Assembly: GCF_006345805.1 (NCBI RefSeq)
Contig: NC_043020.1
Location: forward strand, 16,988,001-17,052,000
Length of the DNA: 64,000 nucleotides
Reading direction: 5' to 3'
Source: Octopus sinensis
Taxonomy: Eukaryota
This document shows positions 38,227 to 52,615 of the stretch, in pieces. The notes below the pieces were generated by a model. That model did no database searches, had not been told where the DNA came from, and saw only the letters and a list, made by a program, of their open reading frames with translations. Position 1 is the first letter of the stretch, and each line of letters starts with the position of its first letter. Position numbers and translations under genes: made by a program.

Positions 38227-39040
38227 TGTATATGTATTCTACTTCCGCTCTTTGAAATTCTTACAAAGCTAAGAATAGTAGTTTCAATCCTAGCTATCGT
38301 AACCTTAAACTTCTATTTCCGTTCAATTTATCAAAAAGACTTTGTTTAGTGAAAATAAATAAATGAAAGAAACTAAAATAAAGAATGCTGATTAGAAGAG
38401 AGAGAGAAAGGAGAAGGGAAAAAGAGAGGGGGGGAGGTGGCAGAAGGGGCGAGGGGAAGAGGAGTAAGAGAGCGGGAATGGAGGTGGGGGTGAGAGGTGG
38501 TGGGGGGACGGTATGAGCGGGAAAGGTGGTGGTGGTGGTGGTGGCGGTGGTGGCGGTGGTGGCGGGGGCGGTGCCGCCGGGTGGTAGTGGTGGTGGGGGG
38601 GGGGGGGGTGGGGGGGTTAGAAAATGTACTGATGAAAATGATGTAGAGAGAACAGTAATGGTAAGACTTTCTGTATTTGCCACAAGGGTAATGAATGAAA
38701 GGATAGTGTAGAGATTAACAACAGCAACAATACAAAAATTGTGCAGAAACTATTCAAAGAAAATAATTAAATTGAGAGAAAGTGGGAAGGAGACAAAGAG
38801 GTAAAGGTAATAGAAGGTGGTGGGAGTGGGAGTGCAGACAAAAGATGTTAGAATGAAGGAGGAGGAGGAGGAGAAGTCGGGGGGGGAGGTTGGGGGTGTC
38901 AGAAGAAGGAAGGGGAGAGAGAAGAGAAAGTAGACAGAGGCAAGGAAAGCAAAATAACAAGGAAGTCAAAGAAAAGCAAGAGCTGGTAGGAGAGGGAAAG
39001 AGGGGGAGAAGGAGGAGGAGGAGTTGCTCACTGCTCCACT

Positions 39041-39044
39041 TCTC

Positions 39045-39131
<87 letters not shown>

Positions 39132-39298
39132 CTCTCTCTTTCTCTCTCTCTCCTTCTCTCTTTCTCTCTCTCTCTTCCTCTGTCTTTCTCTCTCTCTCTC
39201 TGTCTTTCTCTCTCTCACTCTCTTTCTCTCTCTCTTTCCCTCTCTCTCTATCTCTCTCTCCCTCTCTCTCTTTCTCTCTCTCCCTCTCTCTCTCTTTC
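39041..39298. repeat. (TC)n polypyrimidine microsatellite
   Basis: About 255 bp of almost pure C/T. Confidence 0.95.
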
Positions 39299-39450
39299 GT
39301 AATTGCTGTCACCATCATTATCAACACCAGCACTACCATCTGTAGAATGACATGTCTTACAACTGACCGATGATCACACTTTCTCTATCATTGTCATGAA
39401 GACATCTTTGCATCATGTAGCTCAATGGTTCCAAATGACTTCCGAAGGTC

Positions 39451-40553
39451 CATGGTTGATAGTACACCAGGGGTTCTCAACCATTTTTTTTATCTATGGA
39501 CCCCTTTAATTACTATTTTATTCTGGTGGACCCCTGGGGGGGGGGGAAGCACTCCGTCGGTTACGACGATGAGGGTTCCGGTTGATCCGAATCAACGGAA
39601 CAGCCTGCTCGTGAAATTAACATGTAAGTGGCTGAGCACTCCTCAGACACGTGCACCCTCAACGTAGTTCTCGGGGATATTCAGCGTGACACAGAGAGTG
39701 ACAAGGCCAGCCCCTTGAAATACAGGTACAACAGAAACAGGAAGTAAGAGTGAGAGAAAGTTGTGGTGAAAGAGTACAGCAGGGATCACCACCATCCCCT
39801 GCCGGAGCCTCGTGGAGCTTTTAGGTGTTTTCGCTCAATAAACACTCACAACGCCCGGTCTGGGAATCGAAACCGCGATCTTATGACCGCGAGTCCGCTG
39901 CCCTAACCACTGGGCCATTGCGCCTCCACGGTGGACCTCTATAGCCATTTGATGTTTAAAAACTAATTATATAAAAACTTCTTTCAAAATTCTTATTTAG
40001 TTTTTCACACATTAACTTGTGTAGGTTGAATTATGTAAAATGTTAAAGAAAGAAACCTAACCGTTTCTTGTAACACATACCAACATATACATCTGAAGTA
40101 AAATATTTTCAGGGGCCCTTAAAATACTATTGTGGATTCTCAATTTACTATTTTGTTGTGTGGATCCCCAAAATATCTTATATGGACCTTCAGAAGTCAT
40201 TTGGAACCCAGTTGAGAACCATTGAGCTACAAGATTTTGGGGGATCCACACACAAAATAGTAAATTAAGAATCTACAATAGTATTTTAAGGGCCCCTGAA
40301 AATATTTTACTTCAGATGTATGTGTTGGTATGTGTTACAAGAAACGGTTAGGTTTCTTTCTTTAACATTTTACATAATTCAACCTACACAAGTTAATGTG
40401 TGAAAAACTAAATAAGAATTTTGAAAGAAGTTTTTATATAATTAGTTTTTAAACATCAATTGGCTATAGGGGTCCACCAGAATAAAATAGTAATCAAAGG
40501 GGTCCATAGATGAAAAAAAATGATTGAGAACCCCTAGTGTACTATCAACCATG
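39451..40553. repeat. Inverted duplication of a hAT/Charlie-type MITE plus its flank
   Basis: MITE caggggttctcaacc (39468)...gttgagaaccattg (40224). An inverted copy at about 40232-40553 includes the 17-bp outside flank catggttgatagtacac / gtgtactatcaaccatg. Confidence 0.9.
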
Positions 40554-41538
40554 ACATCCTGAGACTCTTACCTACTGACATGGTGTTTGACAGTAGATGA
40601 GTCTCCTGACCTGTAAAATTTGTCCTTCCCCCAAAAAACAAAAGACCATATACCTCAATTTAGTCACGTGTTTTCAAGGATAAGGTATAACTGTTACACT
40701 GAAATTCCTCACGGAAGTAATTTGAACATTAGTTACCTTTGCTAAAGGTGGCGAGCTGGCAGAAAGGTTAGCACGCCGGGTGAAATGCGTAGCCGTATTT
40801 CGTCTGCCGCTACGTTCTGAGTTCAAATTCCGCCGAGGTCGACTTTGCCTTTCATCCTTTCGGGGTCGATTAAATAAGTACCAGTTACGCACTGGGGTTG
40901 ATATAATCGACTTAATCTGTTTGTCTGTCCTTGTTTGTCCCCTCTGTGTTTAGCCCCTTGTGGGTAGTAAAGAAATAAGTTAACTTTGCTCAAGCTTTCT
41001 GTCTGTCTATTTCTGAATGAGACTGGTCACCCTGTTCACAACTTCTACTTAATCAAGTGAAGACCTGGACCCAAACAGTTTAAACTAGACCCTGGGCCCA
41101 ACAACTAAAGCTGATGATTGCATTGATTTCCTCTTCAGGTGCTGAATTGTACACCTGTTGACTCAATGTGTATCCCTGTTAAGTAGTACTTACTCAATAT
41201 GGCAACAACTACCTAAATTTCTAATGTGTTTTACACTGTGATAGTCACATCATCCAAGTATGCTGACACAGGCGTCCTGGGCCCCAGTTCATGCAGGATG
41301 CAGAATCAACATCTCCAGCTTCCATGTTAATGGTTAAAGCACCAAAACACAGAATTGAAAATAGGTGTTCTCAATACGTGTAGGAGTGGCTGTGTGGTAA
41401 GTAGCTTGCTTACCAACCACATAGTGCCAGGTTCAGTCCCACTGCATGGCACCTTGGACAAGTGTCTTTTACTATAGCCTCAGGCCAACCAAACCCTTGT
41501 GAGTGGATTTGGTAGATGGAAACTGAAAGAAGCCCATC

Positions 41539-41584
<46 letters not shown>

Positions 41585-42559
41585 GTGTATATGTTTATGT
41601 GTCTGTGTTTGTCCCCCCAACATCGCTTGACAACCGATGCTGGTGTGTTTATGTCCCTGTAACTTAGCGGTTCGGAAAAAGGGACCGATAGAATAAGTAC
41701 TAGGCTTACAAAGAATAAGTCCTGGGTTCAATTTGCTCGATTAAAGGCAGTGCTCCAGCATGGCCGCAGTCAAATGACTGAAACAAGTAAAAGAGTAAAA
41801 GAGGAGTCTTTGATGGAGTAAATGCGTGATTTTTCAAATGGTTTTTACAGGTAGCCATTTAGTTTGATCACTAAACATATACCATTGTACATTGTGGAGA
41901 TTCAGTCTCAGAAGGTGAGACCAAATCCAGCTGCACTGAGAACAACTGTGAGGTAATGTTGATGGACCATGTTAGCAATTTAAACTGATCTAAATTGATC
42001 AGATGTCTTTGAAATGACTATAAACTACACCTGTTAGTGGGGCCCTGATTTGGGAGTTGCAGGATTTTGTGGAATGTGAAACCACCTCATATTCTCTATT
42101 GTTCCTTGGTCTACTCTGACCTGGAGTAGTAACACCAGGTCAGATATTTGCTCGCAGAGAGAATGACCCTTGACCATTTCCTCATTTGAAGCATGAAGGG
42201 TGCATTATGCATGCTAGGGCACATATTCTGAAACAACAGAGAGCAAAAGCTGTTCGATGGGTTCACACAGAAAAGGTGGAGCATGGTATACAAAATCAAT
42301 TCTGTATTCTCAAAAGATGATGCAGCTTACACCCTAGACACACAGATGTGCCCCTTGGTCATGTAGATAAAACTTGCATAAAACTGTTGAAGACTTACTT
42401 GATAATTAAAAGATATTGTTATATTTTGGGATGGTCATTTTTGTTTTCTTGCCAAGAGAAGATAATAATCAATAATTGAGACAACATAAAACCGATTTTG
42501 TGTCAATAACATAATGGCGAATCAGTGTTCTTGCATCCATAGCTGTTCTAGTTTAGAAT

Positions 42560-43907
42560 GTATCTGGAATGCTCTCTATAAATGCCTCAATAATATTCAT
42601 TTACCAAAAATATTTATATATTACTTTCAACAATAGTTTTAAAGTGGCCAACTTCTTAGACTTTACTCTAGATTTAAACTCTGGGTTATACTACTCCTAA
42701 CCCAATGAATGTCTCCAGTATATTAACATTAAGTCTAATCACCCTAGATCTGTCTTAAATTATATTTTTAATAGTTTTTCCTCAAGAATTTCCAATCTCT
42801 CAGCAAATGAAAATATCTTTGATAGTCATGATTCAAGCTGTGATCAGGCTCTACATATTAGTGGTTTCTCCTATGAAATATTGCATGTTCACAATACTAG
42901 GTTCAAAATTATGTTGGAACTACTTTTTCCACTTTACAGCTATACTACAGCTAATCTTGATAATGTCATTAATCCTAAAAAGGTTGCAACTAAGGATAAT
43001 GAACATATTTCTGTTAATTATGATACTAGGACTGATTGTCGATATAATTCCCACTTTCATAAATCCTTCTCCTTCAAAGTAAACTACCAATACTGACTAC
43101 AGCTCTCTAGTTATGCAGTAACTACCTAACAGATATTAGTTTTGGAGAACACAAGAATTATATACCTGGTAAAAAGAAAGAAGGCATGAGCTGGCACAAA
43201 CGTTAGCATGCTAGGCGAAATGCTTAGCGGCATTTCATTTATTTTTACATTCAATTCAGAGTCCAAGTTCCACCAAGGTCAACTTTGCCTTTCATCCTTT
43301 CGAGGTCGATAATTTAAGTACCAGTTATGCACTGGGGTCGATGTAATCGACTTAATCCCTTTGTTTATCTTTGTTTGTCCCCTCTATGTTAGCCCTTTGT
43401 GGACAATAAAGAAATAAGAAAGAAGGCATGAGTTTTATGGTTTTTATTACCATTTTGTTTAGAAGTTAAATCTCTGCCTAAAGTAGTCTTCAATATTCTT
43501 TAATCAAATTTCACTCTTCAAAGTATATAAAATCCCATATTTAATATGTCCACAATCAAACTTTCTCATTCTACCAAACCTAATCTTGGATCCATCATTC
43601 TTGCATTAAATACACAGAAACTTGGTAGCATCTGAATTCATAATGTTTACAGACAAAATGCCACTAAGCATTTTATTTGGTATGCTAATGATCCTACCAG
43701 CTGATGATAATGATAATAATAATAATTGTTATTATTATTTCAAATTTTTGCTACAAGGGCAGCTTGTGGGAGGTGTGGATGAATCAATTACATTTTATCG
43801 ACTTTGAGAGGATGAAAGGCAAAGTTAACTTTGGTGGAATTTGAATAGAGATGGATGAGATGCTGAAATTTTGCCCTGTGTGCTAATGATTCTGCCAGCT
43901 CACTGCC

Positions 43908-43956
<49 letters not shown>

Positions 43957-44420
43957 TAATAATGGTAATGGTGACTTCCATAACTACAATGATGAGAAAC
44001 AATGCACTGACCTTAACTCATAATAAGAAATCTAGTTGTGGAAATACCCAACAATTGCCCTTTGATGGGTCATTGTTTGGTATAATGTTGTTCATAAATG
44101 CACTGTCTCTACTACACACCAAAATTCCATCAAAATATACAAAGAGTTGACTGATTTTAAGAGACATTACTTGGCACATTTTTGCTCATTCTCTAACTTT
44201 AAACATAAATATATTTTGCTGGCAAATTATATCCATTATCTCAAGGCCAACTATATATTGCATAACATATCCTATTCTATCATTAAGACTGGAAGATCAT
44301 TCCAAGATGATCACACTACATGCAGTTTGTATAGCAGAGTATCTACTGAGGTAATATGCGAGAATAATGACATTCTCGCTAATAATATTTATTATGGTGT
44401 GATATAATCATATTCTGCTA
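42560..44420 (+). pseudogene. Penelope-like element ORF relic (RT C-terminus, linker, GIY-YIG endonuclease)
   Basis: ANFLDFTLDLNSGLY...YINIKSNHPRSVL...RISNLSANENIF...ALHISGF; VLWFLLPF...IFNMSTIKLSHSTKPNLGSII; CPLMGHCL..NVVHKCTV...FKRHYLAHFCSF...LANYIHYLK...YSII...CSL. Broken by stops, SINEs (one with 17-bp TSD aagaaagaaggcatgag) and (AAT)n. Confidence 0.82.
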
Positions 44421-45360
44421 GCATAGATGTTTCAAAATACTTCCCTTTTACCATAGATCAACCTGCTCAAATCAGCTTAGATAACTATAAGCCCTCTATT
44501 ATGATTAGACTTTCTCATCTCTGCTTTTCCGTTACAACTGTGCGGTTTTAACTACATTGTCTTGCTTGAATTATGACCTATTGTAATTTGAATGGTACTT
44601 AAAATATTTCACACTTTTCTTTTAGGCACATAATAGTTATTTTGGCTTCTTTTTATCATTCATTCATATATATTTATATTTTTATTTAATTTTTTGGAAT
44701 AGCGCCATTCTTATTTACAAGAGACACTTATACTAAATCAGGTCAACAACAAGTTACTTTGTTTCTTTTACATATGTCATACCCTCTTTCTTTTCAATAG
44801 ATTTCCTTTGATCTCCTCTCCCTATCCTACCTTTCTCTGTACTTTGTTTTGAATGGTCCCCAACTTTCTCTTTCTTTCTCTCCTTTCTTGTTTTCTTTTT
44901 TCTTTTCTCTCTTTTCACTCCATACTTTTTACTAATACATTTTGCTCTTAACTTCATTTTCTTTCTCTCCTTTTTCTCTATTCACCTCTCCATTATTAAC
45001 CCTCCCCTGTTCCTCCATGTGTTCTTATCATGAATATGTGTCCAGCTTCTATTGCCGTTGCCATTCATCCTTCTGAAGAAAATATTCAGAGATTCCTGCT
45101 TAAAAATACCTGCATATCAAATTTCATTTCCAGTTCATCATATTTTGCTTGTTTGCTGTGTGTAATATTGCCTCATTATGTAGACCAGTTTGCACTGTAT
45201 GTATTCTAATATCAGCCATTCAGCAAAATTTTGAAAGTGCTGTAAAGGACTGTCTTTGTCCTGTTACGTGTATGGATAACAACTCATATAATGAATTCCT
45301 GCTATCTATAATTGTTTGCCCATATTTTGTCTTTATACATAGATAGGTATGTTATGTAAT

Positions 45361-45406
<46 letters not shown>

Positions 45407-47139
45407 TATATAATGTATATATCGCCAGTCACCGTGACTGCCAGGCTATCAGATGTTGCTACACATCGCTGGTCACAATGCGCTTCGCATTGTTTTAGCC
45501 TTCAAATGACGCCACCCCGCTGGTTAAGTGGGCAGGCCAACAGAAGAAAGAGTGAGAGAAAGTTGTGGCGAAAGAGTACAGCAGGGATTGCCACCACCCT
45601 CTGCCGGAGCCTTGTGGAGCTTTAGGTGTTTTCGCTCAATAAACACTCACAACGCCCGGCCTGGGTATCGAAACCGCAATCCTACGATGGCGAGTCGGCT
45701 GCCCTAACCACTGGGCCATTGTGCCCCCACATATATATATATATATATATACATATATTCGAACATAGGAGCACTCTGTCGGTTACGACGACAAGGGTCC
45801 CAGCTGATACGATCAACGGAACAGCCTGCTCATGAAATTAACGTGCAAGTGACTGAGCAATCCACATACATGCGTACCCCTAACATAGTTCTCTGGGATA
45901 TTCAGCATGACACAGAGTGTGACAAGGCTGGCCCTTTGAAATACAGGTACAACTCATTTTTGCCAGTAGAGTGGACTGGGGCAACGTGAAATAAAGTGTC
46001 TTGCTCAAGGACACAATCGTGAGCCGAATGCCTTAACCACTAAGCCACATGCCTTCACAAACCTAATGTTCAAACATACATACATACATAAAGTATACAA
46101 ATCTGCACATACATGCATACATACATTCATAGAAACAAAAATAGCCTGTTGTTGATGTTGAAATTCCAATGAAGAAGCCTTGGATCTAGGTTAGAAACCG
46201 GTTCTTTCTCTATTGGCAAAAAATCTTGAAATGAACTGAATAATGACATACATACATACATATATATTTGAAAAGGTGAAATGAAATTACACACACACAC
46301 TAGGAAAATAATTTCTTCCACAAAGGTTAGTAACATCCTGATAAAAGATTTTATAACTTTTTTTAAAACAAATTTTTTAAAAATCCCTTTTATACTTAAA
46401 AACTGTATAAAGTAATTTCCGCGAATACTTTCAAGTATATATATATATATGATGGAGTTATATGCATTTAATCTGATGAGATGGACATGTCCTATACATG
46501 AAACCAAGTTGTGTAGAGAGAAGTCAAACTGTCATAAAATATAACCATATATATATGTATGCATGTATATATGTGTGTGTATGTATTAATATATCATCAT
46601 CATCGTTTAACGTCCGTTTTCCGCGCTGGCACAGGTTGGACGGTTCGACCGGGGTCTGGGAAGCCAGGGGCTGCACCAGGCTCCAGTCTGATCTGGCAGT
46701 GTTTCTACAGCTGGATGCCCTTCCTAATGCCAACCACTCCGCGAGTGTAGTGGGTGCTTTTAACGTGCCACCAGCATATATATATATATATATATGTATG
46801 TATATATATATGGGTGTGTGATATGAAGTTAGCTTCCCAACCACATAGATCCAGGTTCAGTCCCACTGTGTAGCACCTTGGGAAAGTCTCTTCTTCTAAT
46901 GCCTCAAACTGACCAAAGCCTTGTGAGTGGACTTAGTTGACAGAAACTGAAAGAAGCCTGTCATAGAAACATATATCTATGTGTGTGTGATTTTGTGTCT
47001 GTGTTTTCCCACCACCACCACCACCACTTGACAACTGGTGTTGGTGTTATGTGTATTTACATCCCTGTAACTTAGCAGTTCAATAAAAAAACCAAAAGAG
47101 TATCTGGCTTAAAAAAATTAAGTCCTGGGGGTCATATAT

Positions 47140-47154
47140 ATATATGTATGTATG

Positions 47155-47188
<34 letters not shown>

Positions 47189-47395
47189 TGTATGTATGTA
47201 TGTATGTATGCATTTATGTATGTATGTATGTATGTATGTATGTATGTATGTATGTATGTCTGTGTGTATGTATTCTTGTGTGTATTTAGTATGTATGTAC
47301 TTGTATGTATGTATGTATGTATCTTTGTATGTATGTCTGTGTGTATGTATTTATGTATGTATGTATGTATGTATGTATGTATTTATGTATGTAGG
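47140..47395. repeat. (TATG)n microsatellite
   Basis: Direct inspection. Confidence 0.95.
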
Positions 47396-47923
47396 CAGGT
47401 AGGTGGGTAGGTAGGTTATTTTGTAATCTCCGCCAAGGTTGACTTTGCCTTTCATCCTTTCGAGGTTGATAAATTAAGTACCAGTTATGCAATGGGGTCG
47501 ATGTAATCGACTTAATCCCTTTGTCTGTCCTTGTTTGTCCCCTCTGTGTTTAACCCCTTGTGGTTAGTAAAGAAATATATTTTGTAATTTTGACACTCTA
47601 TTCGCTTACTTCTGTTCTTACTGGTGGCATTGCTCCTTGCCCTTTTCCCTTCCCTCTTCTACATGTCTCAGCACTGACTACTTTCCATATTTGTTTAGTG
47701 TATAAGACACCACTCCATCTATACTGATGCCAGCCAACAACTTCTGCTCCCTAAAAGCGACATGTGAATGAAACACTCTCTCTGGTGGTGGCACCACAAA
47801 ATGTACTCATGGTTCCGGGTTCAGTCCCACTGCATGGCACCTTGAACAAATGTCTTCTACTATAGCCTCAGGCTGACCAAAGCCTTGTGAGTGGATTTGG
47901 TATACCGAAACTAAAAGAAACCC

Positions 47924-47974
<51 letters not shown>

Positions 47975-49980
47975 TTGTGTGTATGCTTGTGCGTCTGTGT
48001 TCATCCCCACTCCATCACTTGACAACTGATGTTGGTGTGTTTATGTCCCTGTAACTTAGCAGTTCAACAAAAAAAGACTGATAGAATAAATACAAAGCTT
48101 ACAAAGGATAAGTCCTGGAGTCAATTTGCTTGACTAAGAGGCAGTGTTCCAGCATGGCCATAGTGAAATAACTGAAACAAATAAAAGAATAAATTATTAG
48201 GCAAAATACTTAACATCATTTCATCCATCTTTACATACAGTGTTCAAATTTTGATGAGGTTGACTTTGCCTTTCATCCTTTCAGGGTCAATAGAATACTC
48301 TTTTACCCTTTTACTTGTTTCAGTCATTTGACTGTGGCTATGCTGGAGCACCGCCTTTTAGTCAAGCAAATCGACCCCAGGACTTATTCTTTTTAAGCCT
48401 AGTACTTATTCTATCAACCTCTTTTGCCAAACCGCTAGGTTACGGGAATGTAAACACACCACCATTGGTTGTCAAGCAATGTTGGGGGAACAAACACAGG
48501 CATACAAACATATACACACACATCCATATGTATATGTATATATATATATACATACATATATATGACAGGCTTCTTTCAGTTTCCATCTACCAAATCCACT
48601 CACAAGGCATTGGTCAGCTCGAGGCTATAGTAGAAGACACTTGCCCAAGGTGCCATGCAGTGGGACTGAACCTGGAACCATGTGGTTGGTAAGCAAGCTA
48701 CTTACCACACAGCCAGATAGCAAGCTGCAGAATCTTTAGCATACCAGGTGAAATGCTTAGCGGTATTTCATCTATCTTTACGTTCTGAGTTCAAATTCCG
48801 CCAAGGTCGACTTTGCCTTTCATCCTTTCGGGGTTGATAAATTAAGTACCAGTTGCATACTAGGGTCGATCTAATCAACTGGCCCCCTCCCCCAAAATTT
48901 CTGGCCTTGTGCATAGAATAGAAAAGAATAAAATAGGTACCAGTTGAGCTCTGGGTTAGGTGTAATTGATTTATCCCTTCCCCCCAAAATTGCTGGCCTT
49001 GTGCCACAATTTGAAACCAATATTCTCTGGAAAGTGGTTGAGAAACTAAGCAGAGAATACATATGATTCTAAGGTCCATTTCTTCAATTTCTCTTGTGTT
49101 GGTGCCAGGAAAAGCACGCCCAGTACACTCTGTAAAGAGGTTGGTGATAGGAAGAGCATCCTATCTTAGAAACCAGGCCAAATACAAATGACCCCTGCAA
49201 GCATTGGTCTATGGAAGCAGTAACTCCCAACTGCAGATGACTCAGAATGCGACAACCTTTCAGACCATGCCATCATGGAAAGTGGCCATAAAAATATTGA
49301 TGATGCTGATGATGATGATGATGGTGGTGTTGTGGTATGGTAGTGGTGGTGGTAATGATGATGGTGGTGACAGTGGTGGTGGTTATGATGCTGATGCTGA
49401 TGTATGTGTGCAGGTGTTTGTGTGTGTGTGTGCGTGCATGCGTATGTGTGTATTCATGTATCCTCTGAGTTACAGAAGCTATGGTTATAGTTATGGAGGT
49501 CATTGCAATATTTGTTTCCATCCGTGCCCCACCCTCCATCCCGCACAAAAAACAAAAAAAAACAATTATAAGAAAAAAAGTAAAAAATTTTCCATGGGAT
49601 CCCATTTCAATTTTTAGCATGGAAGTCCTTAGAAAAACAGGTTCATGTTACGGAATTCCACATTATGGAAAATCATTTAAGAACACAACCCTTCCACAAT
49701 GTGGAGGATTACTGCATATGTATGTGTGTGTGTGTATATATATATATATACACATAAAAAATATATATGTGTGTGTGTATGTATGTATATATGCAGGTAT
49801 GGTATATAACCTATATATATATGGTACACATATATATACATATGTAAATATATATATATATTATATATATATATTATATATATTATCTATATATACACCA
49901 TATATATACATGTATACATATATATGCACACATATATATATGTATATACACCACACACACATATATATTATATATACATA

Positions 49981-50019
<39 letters not shown>

Positions 50020-50021
<2 letters not shown>

Positions 50022-50430
50022 CATTCATTTTAGACTCTCCCCAGACACAGCAGTATTATATATACAACACACACACACACACACACAGACATATATATAT
50101 ATATGCACACGCACATATAAATATATATATGTATATATATGTATGCATGCATATATACATGAACACACACACATATATATATATATACATACATACATAT
50201 ATATATATATACATTTCGTTTATGACTCTCCCCAGACACAGCAGTATATAATATATATATATATATATACACACATACACACAGACATATATATATATAC
50301 ATGCACACGCACATATAAATATATATATGTATATATACGTATGCATGCATATATACATGAACACACACACATATATATACATACATATATATATATATAT
50401 TTCATTTATGTCTCTCCCCAGACACAACAG

Positions 50431-50464
<34 letters not shown>

Positions 50465-50539
50465 GACATATATATATATATGCACATGCACATATAAATA
50501 TATATATGTATATATATGTATGCATGCATATATACATGA

Positions 50540-50570
<31 letters not shown>
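50020..50570. repeat. Three tandem units of about 190 bp built on TA/CA microsatellite
   Basis: Anchor ctctccccagacac(ag/aa)cagtat recurs at about 50034, 50225 and 50411. Confidence 0.85.
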
Positions 50571-50669
50571 TACAGAGTCTGAAGAAAGACAGATATAAAG
50601 ATTTACAACTGAAAAAAAAAGACTTTTTTTCAAGCTTGTCTCTTTTCCCATAAACAACTCAAAATAAAT

Positions 50670-51580
50670 GTCACTACCACCACCACCACCACCACAACTA
50701 CTATAGCCACAACTACCACAGCCATCACTACTACAACAATACTACTACCACCACCACCACCACCACAACCACCACAAATGCCACCACTACCAACATCACA
50801 ACCAACCATACCAGAACCATGATTGTTGCTGCCACCACCATCGTCACGACCACCAACTACTGCCACTACACTACTACTAGCAGTACCACCATCACCACCA
50901 CTACTGTTGCAGTGTCACCAGCACCTTTATCAACACTAGCATCTACAATTTTTTCCACTATAGCAGTACCACTACCACCACAGCCACCACCACCACCACC
51001 ACCAGAATGCCACTACAGCAGTGTCACTACAGTAATGCAACCCAACACTGCCACTGTGCCGCCATACTAATACAGCAGTATGTTCCCTACCTCCTCCTCT
51101 TCCTCCTCCTCCACCACTACCACCACCACCACCACCACCACTACAACTGTGCCACTACCACCACTGCCACTTCCACCATCACTACTACTACATCTACCAC
51201 TACAGTAGTATCATCATTGTCATCACAAACACAACCCACCACCACCACCACTACCACCATCCCACCACTATCCACGCCGCTGCCACCACCCCATCACTAT
51301 TGTCACCACCATCACCACCACTACCACAACCACCAGCACCACCACCACCACCACTAGAGCAATACCACCAGCACCACCACCACCACCAGAGCAATACCAC
51401 CAGCACCAGCACCACCACCACTAGAGCAATACCACCAGCACCACCACCACCACTAGAGCAATACCACCAGCTCCACCACCATCACTAGAGCAATACCACC
51501 ACCATCACCACCATCATCACCATCATCACCATCACTATCACCACCATTACCACCACCACTATTGCCGCTACCACCACCAC
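50670..51580. repeat. (CAC)n low-complexity tract with an embedded minisatellite of about 32 bp
   Basis: agagcaataccacca occurs five times between 51353 and 51500. Confidence 0.9.
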
Positions 51581-51779
51581 TACAGCAGTACAGTGTAGAC
51601 AGTAGCAGTGTAGAAGGAAGGAGAGAAAGATGAGTCAGCTTATTATTATGTTGTTGCTCCATGTTGCAATATTAGAATATCTGATTCTCTTTTGCAAGGG
51701 ACTCCGTTTCTTGATCTGGATCTAGATCTGGTTCTAGCTCCCTCGCGTCTCTGATTCCAGTTGCAGGAGACACACAGTC

Positions 51780-51889
51780 TCACACACACACACACACCCA
51801 CACAAACACACACACACGTGTGTACGCACAGAGACACATGCACACACACATAGATGTATATGCATGCATACACATACACGTATGGGTAT

Positions 51890-51920
<31 letters not shown>

Positions 51921-52567
51921 TCCTATACCTGACACTGGTGTACAGACAGACAGGCAACTAGTCACATAAGCATACAGACAGATGTATACACACACACACA
52001 TGACACACACACACACACACGACACACACACACACATACATACACACATGTATACATACACTCATACAAACATACAGTTACATAGATATACACACAGACA
52101 TACAGACATACATACACTCATACACACAGACACGCTTAGATATACACTCATATATACACACAAAAAGAGAGTTGCATAGACATACAGACATATACACACA
52201 CTCATACACACAGACACGCATAGATATACACTCATATATACATACACACAAATAGAGAGTTGCATAGACATACACACAGACGTACTCACAGACATACAAT
52301 CAGACACACAAGGCATACATTCACACAGACAGACAGACAGACGTATACGCATAATACAAGCTGATACACATACACAAAGATATACATACATGTACACAGA
52401 CAGACACAATCACACACACAATACACACATCATAGATAACATACACACACACACACACGCGCACACTGGTTTATACTGATATACAACGGAGATATAGGTA
52501 TATACACACAAGCAGATAAACATATATACAGACACATACACACTGAGAAACATATTCACACACACAC

Positions 52568-52615
<48 letters not shown>

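Noticed and set aside
46167-46216. atgaaga-agcct/aggtt-a-GAAA-ccgg-tt motif (also about 25590-25640)
   Set aside because: The core lacks a 3-8 pair and stem I does not abut the cleavage site; more simply a hairpin in a retroelement 3' UTR.
51600-51780. Unique island among microsatellites, reading RTRSRSRSR on the minus strand, with a TGACTCA site
   Set aside because: Too short, and no splice or promoter evidence beyond common motifs.
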